Source: a virus
Reading direction: 5' to 3' (one strand)
Length of the DNA: 64,000 nt
IMG/VR virus record: IMGVR_UViG_3300050343_000199
Location: 64,001 to 128,000 of that record
This document shows positions 52,374 to 62,441 of the stretch, piece after piece. Position numbers and translations under genes: made by a program. The first letter of the stretch is position 1. Every line of letters begins with the position of its first letter. The notes under the pieces were generated by a model. It ran no database searches and was not told the origin of the DNA. It saw only the letters and a list, made by a program, of their open reading frames with translations.

Positions 52374-54689
52374 TTAACTATACAAAGACGGGTAGAGTTC
52401 GGAAAATCCTATATCACCCTTTGTACTTATATAAGAAGGAGGAGTATCATCAGCAGTATCATCTATTTGACTGTTATTACTGATGAGTATTGGTTCCAAA
52501 GTTTTGTTTTTGGTTTCCATTTTACGTAAAGAATTTTGCTGTGATTGCATATTCACAACCGTAGATATAGCACCACGAGATGCAGGAGAATTAATACTAG
52601 ATTGGTCTCCCATAGGTTTACCATACATATTCATACTTTCATCAGCACCAGACATACCTGCATCACGCATATACTGTCTTAAGATATCATTTCGCCTTTG
52701 GGTTTTCTCAGCGATTGTCGCAGTTTGATCCATCAACCCACGAGTGCCTGTCATATCTCCAATATCTTGAGCGTTGCGGATTGCACCATCTAATCTTCTG
52801 TTACCTGTTGTTGTAGATTGTGGAGTAACCTGTGGTTGCACACTACGAGTTTTATATGCAGGATCACTTATATTAATATTATATTCCTGACGCATTCTTT
52901 CTGCAAGATCTTTCCTACTTGGATGAGGAACTGCATCATATGTCTGCATTTGAGTTCCAGAATCCTGACTGTTATATCTTTGAACATCTTCGGGAGTATA
53001 TCCACTCCTCCTAGCAGAAAATGGCACTTCCATTCCAAGGAATTTTTGTACCGTTCTACCATCTTGCATATAACTACCGTTGTCGCCAGCTGATGGAGTC
53101 ATAACTCTACCAGTTCCAGGTAAGAATCCAAAAGGTCCACCTGTACCACCTTGGCGACTACCATATTGCATAGATGACCCACCAGTGCCACCTGTAGGTC
53201 TACTATAAATGGTTTTAGAACTATCACCACCTATACCACCACGACCAGTGAAGACCCCAAGAGGATCCCACCATGCTCTTTCGCTTTTAGATGATGATGC
53301 ACTACCAGAAGCAAACATCTGTTTTTGTCTATCTTCCTGATCTTTTTTATGGGAAGTATCTTTAATAACTTTATCTGCAATCGTATTCGGAACTCCAAAT
53401 GCAGATGCAATTGGGTTAGCAATTTGCTTAAGTTCGGAAGTAATAGGAGCTGCTAATGTTCCCATACCAGAGACTGCCTTCTCAAGCATAGATAATGTCA
53501 TGACTCCTGACGCTCTAAGCGGCAGTTCCATAGCTTTCTGTAGATCTTTATTCTTTTTGTCTATTTTTGCAGGAACAGCAGAGTCCTGCATAGAAATCAT
53601 AGCATTAAGAATATTAGGAGAAAATGAAGGATCGGATGCCTCGTCAGATCCTTGTTCATACATTGATACACCACCAGTTTTAGGAACTCGGGATGAAGGA
53701 ATTGCAGATGTTTGAGGTTTAGGTCTTACTTTCCCATCAACAGCACTAGGTTCACCTTGAGTAAAATTATTATCAAGTGGCACGATCATTTCATTGCCAT
53801 GTAACTTGGCAAGATAACCACTATCAGGACCGGACATAATGCCGCCCTCTTCAAGTTCAGGTATTGGAAGACTTAATTGCTGATCTTGAGTCTCAGGAGT
53901 CTTTCCAATCTCTTGTTCATCTTGTAATAAATTTAATTGTATTGCTTCTTGTTTTGATTGCCCTATGTCTTGTAATCGTAGCGTACCAGATTGATCAGTT
54001 TCTTTACCTTGTTCTGCAGCTTTAGCTCTGACTTGTTCTATATCTGTTTGTTTCTTAGCAGTATCATTCTGATCTCGTAAGGCATCTATAATAGCATCTA
54101 ACTTAGTTTCTAGCAAATCAGAATTTTGCTCTAATTGCTTAATAGTACCAAAGATACCTTCTTTAGCTTGAATTACTTCTGATTGTGCATCATCTAAACT
54201 ATCACTTAAGGTAGAAAAATTCTGATTGATTGCTTCTACTGCAGCAGATAAAAATTTACCAAGTTTTTTATCCTGAACCTTTACTGGTTTATCGTTAGAT
54301 GGTACTGTTCCCGTTAATTTACTACTATTTTCCTTAAACTTTTTTTCGGCAGGATTTGCAAGTTGCTGATATTCCGGAAGATTTCTTACATGGGCAGGTG
54401 TTCCCATTAAAGGGTCACTACTTGATTGCCCTCTTGCAAGAATATCATTAACACTAGTTTTAGGTACAAATCTCTTACCTAAAGTTTTTTCAATAATATA
54501 ATTTCTTCCCTCTCTTGCAGTAAACTCTCCAGGTGTAAATTTAGGGTCAACCTTATATTTTGCAGCTGCAAGAGTTGCGGCAGTTTTAGCAGTCTTTCCT
54601 CGTGATCTAGCAGTAGATATAATATCTACTAGTTGCCCTGCAATACTAGATGTCAGATCTCCACTATAAGTTGCCTGCAAACTCGCCAT
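52374..54689 (-). CDS. Tail tape-measure/gp29-like protein (paralog A)
   Basis: N-terminus MASLQATYSGDLTS, coiled coil, EEGGIMSGPDSGYLAKLHGNEMIVPL. Confidence 0.6.
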   Translation of the reverse strand: MASLQATYSGDLTSSIAGQLVDIISTARSRGKTAKTAATLAAAKYKVDPKFTPGEFTAREGRNYIIEKTLGKRFVPKTSVNDILARGQSSSDPLMGTPAHVRNLPEYQQLANPAEKKFKENSSKLTGTVPSNDKPVKVQDKKLGKFLSAAVEAINQNFSTLSDSLDDAQSEVIQAKEGIFGTIKQLEQNSDLLETKLDAIIDALRDQNDTAKKQTDIEQVRAKAAEQGKETDQSGTLRLQDIGQSKQEAIQLNLLQDEQEIGKTPETQDQQLSLPIPELEEGGIMSGPDSGYLAKLHGNEMIVPLDNNFTQGEPSAVDGKVRPKPQTSAIPSSRVPKTGGVSMYEQGSDEASDPSFSPNILNAMISMQDSAVPAKIDKKNKDLQKAMELPLRASGVMTLSMLEKAVSGMGTLAAPITSELKQIANPIASAFGVPNTIADKVIKDTSHKKDQEDRQKQMFASGSASSSKSERAWWDPLGVFTGRGGIGGDSSKTIYSRPTGGTGGSSMQYGSRQGGTGGPFGFLPGTGRVMTPSAGDNGSYMQDGRTVQKFLGMEVPFSARRSGYTPEDVQRYNSQDSGTQMQTYDAVPHPSRKDLAERMRQEYNINISDPAYKTRSVQPQVTPQSTTTGNRRLDGAIRNAQDIGDMTGTRGLMDQTATIAEKTQRRNDILRQYMRDAGMSGADESMNMYGKPMGDQSSINSPASRGAISTVVNMQSQQNSLRKMETKNKTLEPILISNNSQIDDTADDTPPSYISTKGDIGFSELYPSLYS

Positions 54690-54690
54690 C

Positions 54691-57492
54691 CTATGCTCCT
54701 AATACCGCTAACTGATAACTTTTCACTGGATTAACTTTAGATGTATTACTACTTATACGAGTATTGTTCTGATTTTTAATGATAGTATTAGTCACTACTA
54801 CTGTTTGAACTGGGATCCCATCTTCCATGTCCTCCATACTAGAACTAATTCTTTCAATTTCATTTAATTTAGATTGATTATCAAATGGATTTAAGAAATT
54901 TATTGGTTTCATATAAAGACCAGAGAATCCCTCTTCATCAGTCAATGATTTAATGAGTCCTTTAGGACCTGCAGGTCCTGATACTTTATCAGCAAAGATT
55001 GTTTGATTTGTAGGACTAACATCATTCGCGGTCGGGTTTGATTGCCCTGGTACGATACCATACTCTTCCATAACAGCATTAATTTTTCCTGGATATATGG
55101 CGTGTGGATTATATCCAGCAGATGCAATATTAGCGATTGCTTCAGATGGAGTTTTAGCATCTCCGTAATATTGTTTCCATATTCTAACTCGGTATCTTAC
55201 AGATTCTTCAAAAGAATCAAATTTAATTGCTGTATGTTTTCCTTCTACTGGATCAATATAAACATATTTTTTAGATGGTGGATAATCTGGTGGGGCATCT
55301 TGACCAAATAAATTATTTGCCTCTACTGCTAATGTAGATCTTCCAAAATCACTTTCTTCTACAGCTTGTGCGGCAACTACTTCTGGAAATGGATCTCCTG
55401 CTGCTTTTGCTGCTTTATAAATTCTTGCGTAAAATTGACCGTACATATCTTTAGGTTTCTCATAATTAGGATATCCGATAACTGGACTTTTATATTTTAA
55501 CCCAACACCATAACTATCAGAACCACCAATACCTCCTCCTCCGTTTATAACTGGACCTTGATGATTTGATGATGGCAACACGCTAGCAGACTGTTTTATT
55601 GGTGGGGTATATCCAGTTGGAACTTTACCCTCCATTTGTATAACTAGATTAGTTAATGCTGATGCATCTGGATGCCAACCACCTCCATCAGAAGAATAAA
55701 AATCTAAACTTGTGTGGGGTCCTGACATATTACCCGCTCCATTACCTTGCATTGCAGCACCTCCACCAGGACCCCTTACACCATTCCACCCAACTTTTCC
55801 TAAGTAATCTCCAACTTTTACCTTATCACCTACCCTTACTGCCATTCCATTATCAGGAAAATGTGCATAAAGTGATTCAAATGTATCATTTGGATTTAAA
55901 GGGTTTATACTTCTAACTTGAACTGCATTTCCATATCCAGGATATCCCGGAACTTTTCCGGCACTAATAACTTCTCCAGCAAATATAGCATAATTGTTGT
56001 TATAATCATTGAAACTAAAATCAACTCCATGCTCACCACTTGCATCTGCACCTTGTCCTTTAAAAAAAGTAACTGAGCGTTTGTTTTGTTTTGGATATGA
56101 TAATGGTCCATTTGAGCTATATCCAGCCCTAGGTCCTAGTGGAGTATTAGTAGGAGTAGTTGTGGTAGTAGTAGTTGTGGTAGTAGTATCATTTGAATCA
56201 GTAGGATCATCCGGATCAGAAGTATTATTAACCGCTTTAACAATATTTTTATCTCTACGATTTAAATCCTTTAATAATGCTTCAGTAGGTTGTTTAACAG
56301 TTGCTGCTTGCTGAATATTTCCCACATCAGATGCAAAAGGAATATTTGTAAATTTATAGTCTAATCCAGATTTTTTAATTATTGAAGATATTTCTCTTCC
56401 AGTTCCTGTTCTATTTGCTAAAGATTGCACTGAACTAGCAAAATAAGAAATCTGATTATCTTGATTTAGCATCATGGTATCAGAAAAATTAGAACTATCT
56501 TTCTTTGTAACAAGTGCCTCCATACCATGCAACACACTGTATCCCTTTTTGGCAAATCCAGTTCCTCTTTCATATTGAGGTGTGCTCATATCTCTAGCAG
56601 CAAGTCCTGCATCAATTGCTATAGACCCAGCTGTTCCTATTCCAGGGACAAATGCTGCAGCACCAGAAGCAAGTTCTAGTGCAGCTCCAGCAGGATCTGG
56701 TGGATTTTGAAATAATCTTTGAGCTGCAAATACACTAGAAATTGCAAGACCTATGCCAAATGGCAATTTCTTTGCAGCAATTTTAGCACCACCTTTTGAA
56801 AGTCCTTTAACACCAAGATTTAAACCAAATTTAGATGCTCCCTTTGCAGCATATTTCTTTAGTGCGACTTTCGCTGATGCTTTTGGTTTTAAAATACTTT
56901 TAAGTGGTTTTAATCTACTCTTTATACCTTTAAATTTTCCTCTGCTAAGTCTACCTAAAATTTTAGATAAGACTCTATTAGTAATATTACCGCCACCACC
57001 ACCACTAGATGATTCATTTTTGCCATCAGATAATTTTAGAGTATCTGATAGGTCATTACTTTTTTCTAACTCTAACTCTTTCCTCTTTACCTTATTATCT
57101 TCGGAAATTTCTTCTTGTAATTCACGATTAGCAGTAAAGTGATCTAGTAGTTGATCAAATTTAGCGCCAAGCATTAAATTTTGATCATATATTAACTGAT
57201 GAGATTGCACTAAGTTTGAATTTAATGCACTTACTTCATTTTTAAGTTGTTTTACGGAAAACTCAACTACGTTAAGTTTTTGCTCAACAGTAGATCCTAA
57301 AATTTTACCTGCAAGTTCTCTTGTTTTTATATCCTTTACTGGAAAACTATCATCAGGTTCTTCCATTTCAGCCTGTGCTTTCGCTACAGGTCCCTTTTTT
57401 TCTTTTCTAGCAGCATCCAGCACCTTCTTAGCAATAGTCCCTGCAAGGGCACTAGTAAGATCACCACTGTATGTTTGCTGCAAATTTGCCAT
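54691..57492 (-). CDS. Tail tape-measure/gp29-like protein (paralog B) with M23 peptidase and GH73 glucosaminidase domains
   Basis: HGVDF...YAHF...VKVGDYLGKVG...GPH (M23). AQAVEESDFG...NNLFG...FDSFEES...GY (GH73). Confidence 0.7.
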   Translation of the reverse strand: MANLQQTYSGDLTSALAGTIAKKVLDAARKEKKGPVAKAQAEMEEPDDSFPVKDIKTRELAGKILGSTVEQKLNVVEFSVKQLKNEVSALNSNLVQSHQLIYDQNLMLGAKFDQLLDHFTANRELQEEISEDNKVKRKELELEKSNDLSDTLKLSDGKNESSSGGGGGNITNRVLSKILGRLSRGKFKGIKSRLKPLKSILKPKASAKVALKKYAAKGASKFGLNLGVKGLSKGGAKIAAKKLPFGIGLAISSVFAAQRLFQNPPDPAGAALELASGAAAFVPGIGTAGSIAIDAGLAARDMSTPQYERGTGFAKKGYSVLHGMEALVTKKDSSNFSDTMMLNQDNQISYFASSVQSLANRTGTGREISSIIKKSGLDYKFTNIPFASDVGNIQQAATVKQPTEALLKDLNRRDKNIVKAVNNTSDPDDPTDSNDTTTTTTTTTTTPTNTPLGPRAGYSSNGPLSYPKQNKRSVTFFKGQGADASGEHGVDFSFNDYNNNYAIFAGEVISAGKVPGYPGYGNAVQVRSINPLNPNDTFESLYAHFPDNGMAVRVGDKVKVGDYLGKVGWNGVRGPGGGAAMQGNGAGNMSGPHTSLDFYSSDGGGWHPDASALTNLVIQMEGKVPTGYTPPIKQSASVLPSSNHQGPVINGGGGIGGSDSYGVGLKYKSPVIGYPNYEKPKDMYGQFYARIYKAAKAAGDPFPEVVAAQAVEESDFGRSTLAVEANNLFGQDAPPDYPPSKKYVYIDPVEGKHTAIKFDSFEESVRYRVRIWKQYYGDAKTPSEAIANIASAGYNPHAIYPGKINAVMEEYGIVPGQSNPTANDVSPTNQTIFADKVSGPAGPKGLIKSLTDEEGFSGLYMKPINFLNPFDNQSKLNEIERISSSMEDMEDGIPVQTVVVTNTIIKNQNNTRISSNTSKVNPVKSYQLAVLGA

Positions 57493-57638
57493 TACCTGTT
57501 AGCTGCTGCTTCTTGTTTTTGCTTAACTTCATCAAGGTATTGCATTAGAAAGGTAGTGTAAACTTCCCTCTCCCAAGGCATCATATTTTCAATCTCAGTC
57601 AAAGAGTATTTATGATACTGCATCAAAGCAAAGTTCAT
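57492..57638 (-). CDS. gp51: Baseplate hub assembly catalyst
   Basis: Read manually: MNFALMQYHKYSLTEIENMMPWEREVYTTFLMQYL. Confidence 0.85.
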   Translation of the reverse strand: MNFALMQYHKYSLTEIENMMPWEREVYTTFLMQYLDEVKQKQEAAANR

Positions 57639-57673
57639 TCTATAATACCCCTCCAGATTATTCTGAAAGAGTG

Positions 57674-58387
57674 CTATGCGAAAAAATTGGATAATCCCTC
57701 AATTGTAAACGTGGACTCAATACCAGTATTAGGATTAGTCACTGTAAAAGTATGACTTAACTTAGGCGCAGTTGCATAGAATTCTTGAATCTTTTCAAAT
57801 TGCTTTGTAGTCAAATTATCAACAAATTCACGAAACTCTTTTTTTGATGTAGTAGAAGAATCATACACATCTTCACCTTGAAAAATTTGATCAATTGAAT
57901 TAGCAATAAAATCATAAACTTCTTGAGTTTGCATTTCTTTGCGTAAAAATTCGCGATCAACGAATTCTTTCATACTAGGGTAGTTCATAATAATACCCGA
58001 ATCTTCGTCAAACATGATTTTCTTATCATGTCCTTCGGGTTTAATAACTTCAACTTCATCAATATTGATTTCCGTTTCTACAGTAGTTTCGTTATCATCT
58101 TGACACGTTACCGTAAGAGTTAGAGATTCTCCGATAGAAGCTGCTCTAATTTTTAAAAATAAGTATTCAAGGTCAAAACTAGGAAGTAAATCAACCTTAA
58201 TACGTGAAATAACGCAATTTTTGATTAAATCCTTAACTGCGCTAGTAATTTGCTTTTCGTCTTGTGACTCCATTGCAAGTAAAAGTACTTTTTCTTCTTT
58301 TACTAAAAATGGACGATATTTTACAGATTTTCCCGTAGAAGGCAGTGCCGTCTCATAAGTAGGATAACCAAGTTTTGGCAATGCCAT
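57674..58387 (-). CDS. gp26: Baseplate hub subunit
   Basis: LPSTGKSVKYRPFLVKEEKVLL...FDLEYLFLKIRAASIGE...IEGLSNFFA. Confidence 0.95.
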   Translation of the reverse strand: MALPKLGYPTYETALPSTGKSVKYRPFLVKEEKVLLLAMESQDEKQITSAVKDLIKNCVISRIKVDLLPSFDLEYLFLKIRAASIGESLTLTVTCQDDNETTVETEINIDEVEVIKPEGHDKKIMFDEDSGIIMNYPSMKEFVDREFLRKEMQTQEVYDFIANSIDQIFQGEDVYDSSTTSKKEFREFVDNLTTKQFEKIQEFYATAPKLSHTFTVTNPNTGIESTFTIEGLSNFFA

Positions 58388-58411
58388 AATATTTACCTCA
58401 GATCATATGTA

Positions 58412-58418
58412 TATTTAT
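58412..58418 (-). promoter_or_regulatory. Late promoter ATAAATA
   Basis: About 25 nt upstream of the gp26 ATG. Confidence 0.7.
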
Positions 58419-58480
58419 TGCGACTTTTTTAATCAAAAATTAGCGGAGAAATTTTTCCGACTTTTACAGAATTAAAATAG

Positions 58481-59110
58481 TTATTTTCCGTATGCTACTG
58501 TATGTCTTGAATAATAGAAATTACATGTAAGTCTTGAAATTTGCGACGATCCATATGCTAGAGGAACTGTATCAATAGAATATGGATAACATTTTTCTAA
58601 AAGATATGTTACCGGAACTCTACCCCTTTCCGAATTACTATTAGGTTCCGTTTTCATAATTCTAAGTGTAGCAGAATATTGATCCAGATATTTAAGTCTG
58701 TTTACACGGTTCTCAGGCAATGGGTTAACGGTTGTTGCACCTTCAAGTCCAGTATACTCTACATTATCTTCATTAAAAATATAATTATACCAGCTGTTCA
58801 TAAATTTCAGTGCTGTCAAATCAGCATCCAATAAAAAACCTAAACTAATATCAGTAAAAATTCTAGTGTGGGGATAAGATACCGGACCCTCGCCAAGATT
58901 TCTACCAGATCTTTGTGACACAGCAGATTGCACATTCGGTAGTTGTGCTTCATCACACAACATTTGAATTACATTTTTATTTTCTCCCTTAAAATCATAA
59001 AATATCGGAGAATCTTTAAAAGAAAACTCAACATCAAAATTGGTGGAGTAGGACATTCCGCCCTTAGCACCAATTTTGGTCATGAATTGATTTAAACCAT
59101 TTACTGCCAC
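58481..59110 (-). CDS. gp54: Baseplate-tail tube junction protein (gp54/gp19-like)
   Basis: LCDEAQLP...YPHTRIFTDISLGF...YPYSIDTVPLAYG...LTCNFYY tube-protein fold. Confidence 0.7.
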   Translation of the reverse strand: MAVNGLNQFMTKIGAKGGMSYSTNFDVEFSFKDSPIFYDFKGENKNVIQMLCDEAQLPNVQSAVSQRSGRNLGEGPVSYPHTRIFTDISLGFLLDADLTALKFMNSWYNYIFNEDNVEYTGLEGATTVNPLPENRVNRLKYLDQYSATLRIMKTEPNSNSERGRVPVTYLLEKCYPYSIDTVPLAYGSSQISRLTCNFYYSRHTVAYGK

Positions 59111-59112
59111 TG

Positions 59113-59144
59113 CTAAATATAATCGTGGGATCTTATATATTTAT
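59113..59144. promoter_or_regulatory. Back-to-back late promoters
   Basis: + CTAAATA at 59113-59119 (gp4 operon). - ATAAATA at 59138-59144 (gp54). Confidence 0.7.
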
Positions 59145-59574
59145 GGCATACTCGGGACTGTATAAACCAGTCAATCCAAAAAAGTATCGCGGAAATCCTA
59201 CTCGTATTATTTACAGATCATCATGGGAACGAAAGTTTATGATATTCTGTGATAAAAATCCCTCTATTTTAGAGTGGGGTAGTGAAGAAGTCATTATTCC
59301 ATATCGTTGTCCAACTGACGGACGAGTGCATAGATATTTTCCAGATTTTTATATTAAAGTTCGCGAACAAACAGGAAAAATCACGAAGTATATTATTGAA
59401 GTAAAACCCAAAAAACAAACATCACCACCGAATGACAAAAACAAAAGGACTGCTGCCTATAGACGGGCTGCCCTGACGTTCATGAAGAACCGTGCCAAAT
59501 GGGACGCTGCTCAGGACTTCTGTGAAGATAGGCAGATGAATTTTTTAATTCTTACAGAAGATCACTTATTCTAG
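59143..59574 (+). CDS. gp4: Head completion protein
   Basis: MAYSGLYKPVNPKKYRGNP..IIYRSSWE...WGSEE...YFPDF...IEVKP...N.AKW. Confidence 0.95.
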   Translation: MAYSGLYKPVNPKKYRGNPTRIIYRSSWERKFMIFCDKNPSILEWGSEEVIIPYRCPTDGRVHRYFPDFYIKVREQTGKITKYIIEVKPKKQTSPPNDKNKRTAAYRRAALTFMKNRAKWDAAQDFCEDRQMNFLILTEDHLF

Positions 59575-59584
59575 GTAAAGAGCA

Positions 59585-60277
59585 ATGGCACAAGGATTTG
59601 CAACTATACAACGTAATACTACTAACGAAACTACAGGATATACAACTCTATTTGAAAAAATAACTGAATTAACAGGCGGACAGAAGCAAAGTTTTAATTG
59701 GTATAGAAATGCTGTAAAAAAATCGGCAATGGATTATAAAAAAGATCCATCAAAGATTATAAGAGATGAACGAATAGATGATAGAGGTAAGGAAGAAGAA
59801 ACGGATGAAAATATCCTTAGAGCATATGCAGTCTCTGGTCACTTTTATATGTTTGAATACAAAGCAAAAACAAAATGGTTGCCATATTATGACACGTTTC
59901 CGTTAGTTTATGTGATGAAAGCATCACCCGATGAATTTTGGGGTGTCAACTTACATTACATGGCACCAAAGAAACGTATAATGGTTATTAAAAAGTTAAT
60001 GGAAGGAAGAATTGATGTTCCTAAGCGATGCTTTCATAAATACTTAACCAGTCAAGTAGATGGTATGATGCTTGACCTTGCTTCTAAAGAATGGGATACT
60101 GCAATACTACTTCCTATTGAAAACTTTGTTCGTAATGTAAAAGGTAGTGCTGGTAGATTTCCATACACCAAGGAACTTGTATGGGAAGAAACAGATGATA
60201 AGTACTACGATCGCATCAGAGGAAGGAGAATCATCCGTGGATATGGCAACCGTAAAGACACCGAGATGGTAAAATAA
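59585..60277 (+). CDS. gp2: DNA end protector protein
   Basis: GHFYMFEYKAK...LPYYDTFPLV...GVNLHY. Confidence 0.9.
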   Translation: MAQGFATIQRNTTNETTGYTTLFEKITELTGGQKQSFNWYRNAVKKSAMDYKKDPSKIIRDERIDDRGKEEETDENILRAYAVSGHFYMFEYKAKTKWLPYYDTFPLVYVMKASPDEFWGVNLHYMAPKKRIMVIKKLMEGRIDVPKRCFHKYLTSQVDGMMLDLASKEWDTAILLPIENFVRNVKGSAGRFPYTKELVWEETDDKYYDRIRGRRIIRGYGNRKDTEMVK

Positions 60278-61408
60278 ATGGCAGTACCAACAAATACAAA
60301 TTTTCCTCTCGGATCTAGAACAATAGACCCGGATACTAATAAAGTATACATGCTAACCGGAAGGAAAGATTCAAAAAGATGGACTCTAACTGATGTAAAC
60401 GCTAGAAGTGCTAAAAATCATTCAATTAATTGGTATAGAACATTTAACTCTGCTGCAGAATTAGATACCGCAACATCTGGTAGTCTATCTGTTGATCCAA
60501 AAAGTAAATATGTACGATATCCGTATAGTTCAGACCTCTTTGCAGAAAATAAAATAAATTACAATACGGATTATGTGTTATTCCAATTCATGGAATACAG
60601 TCCTCCATTTAAAAATAGTGGAGATGGAGGTAATATCCTCGGAGATTATAATCAATCAATAAATGATTTAGAAGCGGTAGAAGTTCAATTAAGAAGTGGT
60701 GGTGTAGCAGGAGTTATACTACCCATGCCTCAAGATTTGAGTACTGAGCAAAAACAAAATTGGAATGGTAAAAAATTTACTAGACTAGGTGCTAGTGCTA
60801 TTAGAGCAGCAGGAGGAGATCTTAGTAAACTAGGAGATAATCTGGATGATGGAGGACTTAAATCAGCACTTGATGCATTAAAAACTTCTGCATTAAATCG
60901 TATTCCGGGTGTTGGTGGTAATTTAAGTATAAATGATATTGCAGGTTCAACTAGAGGTGTAGTTTTAAACCCTAATGCAGAACTACTATACGATTCTCCA
61001 GATTTAAGAGAAATTGGTATGGTATTTAAAATGGTTCCTCAATCAGAAACGGAAGCAAAACAAATTAAAATGATTTGTGATACATTCCGAACCGCTTCAT
61101 TACCAGAGTATGGATCTAAACCAGGAAAGGTTGTACGATTTGAAGCAGAAGGGGCATCGGTTGCATTGGGTTCTTCTAATTGGATTAGAGTTCCAAATCT
61201 ATGTAAGTTTACTTTTATGACAGGATCAGGTGCAAATACTAATATTGCACAATACAAACCATGTGCAATCACCGGAGTACAAGTAAACTACACACCAGAT
61301 GGAACATATGCTACATATGGCGACGGTTCTCCAGTTGCAACAGAAATTACCCTTAAATTTGTAGAAACAAAACTCATATTCAGTAGCGAAATTCAAGCAG
61401 GATTCTAA
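60278..61408 (+). CDS. gp48: Baseplate tail tube cap
   Basis: LPMPQDL...VLNPNAELLYDSPDLR...FKMVPQSETEA...VP...YKPCAITGVQVNYTPDG. Confidence 0.9.
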   Translation: MAVPTNTNFPLGSRTIDPDTNKVYMLTGRKDSKRWTLTDVNARSAKNHSINWYRTFNSAAELDTATSGSLSVDPKSKYVRYPYSSDLFAENKINYNTDYVLFQFMEYSPPFKNSGDGGNILGDYNQSINDLEAVEVQLRSGGVAGVILPMPQDLSTEQKQNWNGKKFTRLGASAIRAAGGDLSKLGDNLDDGGLKSALDALKTSALNRIPGVGGNLSINDIAGSTRGVVLNPNAELLYDSPDLREIGMVFKMVPQSETEAKQIKMICDTFRTASLPEYGSKPGKVVRFEAEGASVALGSSNWIRVPNLCKFTFMTGSGANTNIAQYKPCAITGVQVNYTPDGTYATYGDGSPVATEITLKFVETKLIFSSEIQAGF

Positions 61409-62076
61409 TGTATTTTTCTCTTATTCCCGATATTAAATACGATATAAAACCAATCAGTTATCCGTTTACGGAATCTGATTACATTACTGCAAAGAATTTC
61501 TTTCGTAGATTTAAAGTCAACAAAGATCTATTTGATTATAGTACATATTATACAAAGTATACAATAACAGACAGTGATAGATTAGATACTATATCCAATG
61601 ATTTTTATGGTGATACTAGTTATGATTGGGTAATTGTATTAACAAATAATTTAATCAATCCATTATTTTCCACCCCTGTATCAACTACTGTTCTACAAAA
61701 ATATACTGAAGATAAGTATGGAGATGAGGCATACTCAGGTACTCATCACTATGTGACATTTGAAGTTGCATCAGGTCAAGTAATTGATGGGATTGCAGTT
61801 AATGCACTAGAAGAGGGAATTGTTGTTGATAAAACGTTTTACGATGCCCCATTTGAATATTGGAATGGATCTCAGTTAGTAACTATTCCAGGAAGTACTG
61901 TTTGTAGAGAAGTATCTAACTACGAATATGAAACTGATGAAAATGAAAAGAAAAGAGAAATTTTTATGCTAAGACCAGCATACTTTACCAGATTTGTAGA
62001 AGAATTTAAATCCGTAAACAAATATGCAGAGTCTTCAGACTTCATAACAGAGAAACTAAAAAAGGTCGCAGTTTAA
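61408..62076 (+). CDS. gp53: Baseplate wedge subunit
   Basis: MYFSLIPDIKY...NFFRR...DRLDTISNDFYGDTSYDWVIVLTNN. Confidence 0.95.
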   Translation: MYFSLIPDIKYDIKPISYPFTESDYITAKNFFRRFKVNKDLFDYSTYYTKYTITDSDRLDTISNDFYGDTSYDWVIVLTNNLINPLFSTPVSTTVLQKYTEDKYGDEAYSGTHHYVTFEVASGQVIDGIAVNALEEGIVVDKTFYDAPFEYWNGSQLVTIPGSTVCREVSNYEYETDENEKKREIFMLRPAYFTRFVEEFKSVNKYAESSDFITEKLKKVAV

Positions 62077-62087
62077 CGCGACCTTTT
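62058..62087. terminator. Bidirectional terminator between convergent operons
   Basis: AAAAGGTCGC-agtttaac-GCGACCTTTT. Confidence 0.8.
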
Positions 62088-62133
62088 GAGTAAAAAATAT
62101 GCCGGGAAAATTTTCCCGGTTTTATGAAACTAA

Positions 62134-62328
62134 CTAATCCAATTCGTAGCAAGCAGACCTTGCTAGTCCTGGATTTTTTTTCAGTGCTCTATGAACATGA
62201 CCATGCACATCAGTTTCTAAAGTGTGATGTGCTTTGGTGTGGACTACCTGAATCAATCCCAAGGTCCCAACAAATAGTAAGTTCAATACTGTCACGGGGT
62301 GGAAGATAACAGAAGCAATCTTTTTCAC
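62134..62328 (-). CDS. Small membrane-anchored conserved protein
   Basis: FHPVTVLNLLFVGTLGLIQVVHTKAHH. Confidence 0.7.
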   Translation of the reverse strand: MKKIASVIFHPVTVLNLLFVGTLGLIQVVHTKAHHTLETDVHGHVHRALKKNPGLARSACYELD

Positions 62329-62441
62329 TTGATGAATTTATCCATTCTCAATTTAACATAATACATTCCGATGACCCATACGGAGAAGAGGAACCCCTCC
62401 CCGTAGGACATGGAGTTCCAAGCGTGTACTGCTTCTCCCAT
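62325..62441 (-). CDS. Small membrane protein (38 aa)
   Basis: Read manually: MGEAVHAWNSMSYGEGFLFSVWVIGMYYVKLRMDKFIK*. Coupled to the gp32 stop. Confidence 0.7.
   Translation of the reverse strand: MGEAVHAWNSMSYGEGFLFSVWVIGMYYVKLRMDKFIK

Noticed and set aside
56155-56188. GTAGTAGTTGTG short tandem repeat
   Set aside because: It encodes a poly-Thr linker in a structural protein and is not a CRISPR or contingency repeat.
59143-59574. TnsA-like endonuclease as evidence of a transposon
   Set aside because: This is the standard T4 gp4 head-completion protein in conserved synteny with gp2, gp48 and gp53.
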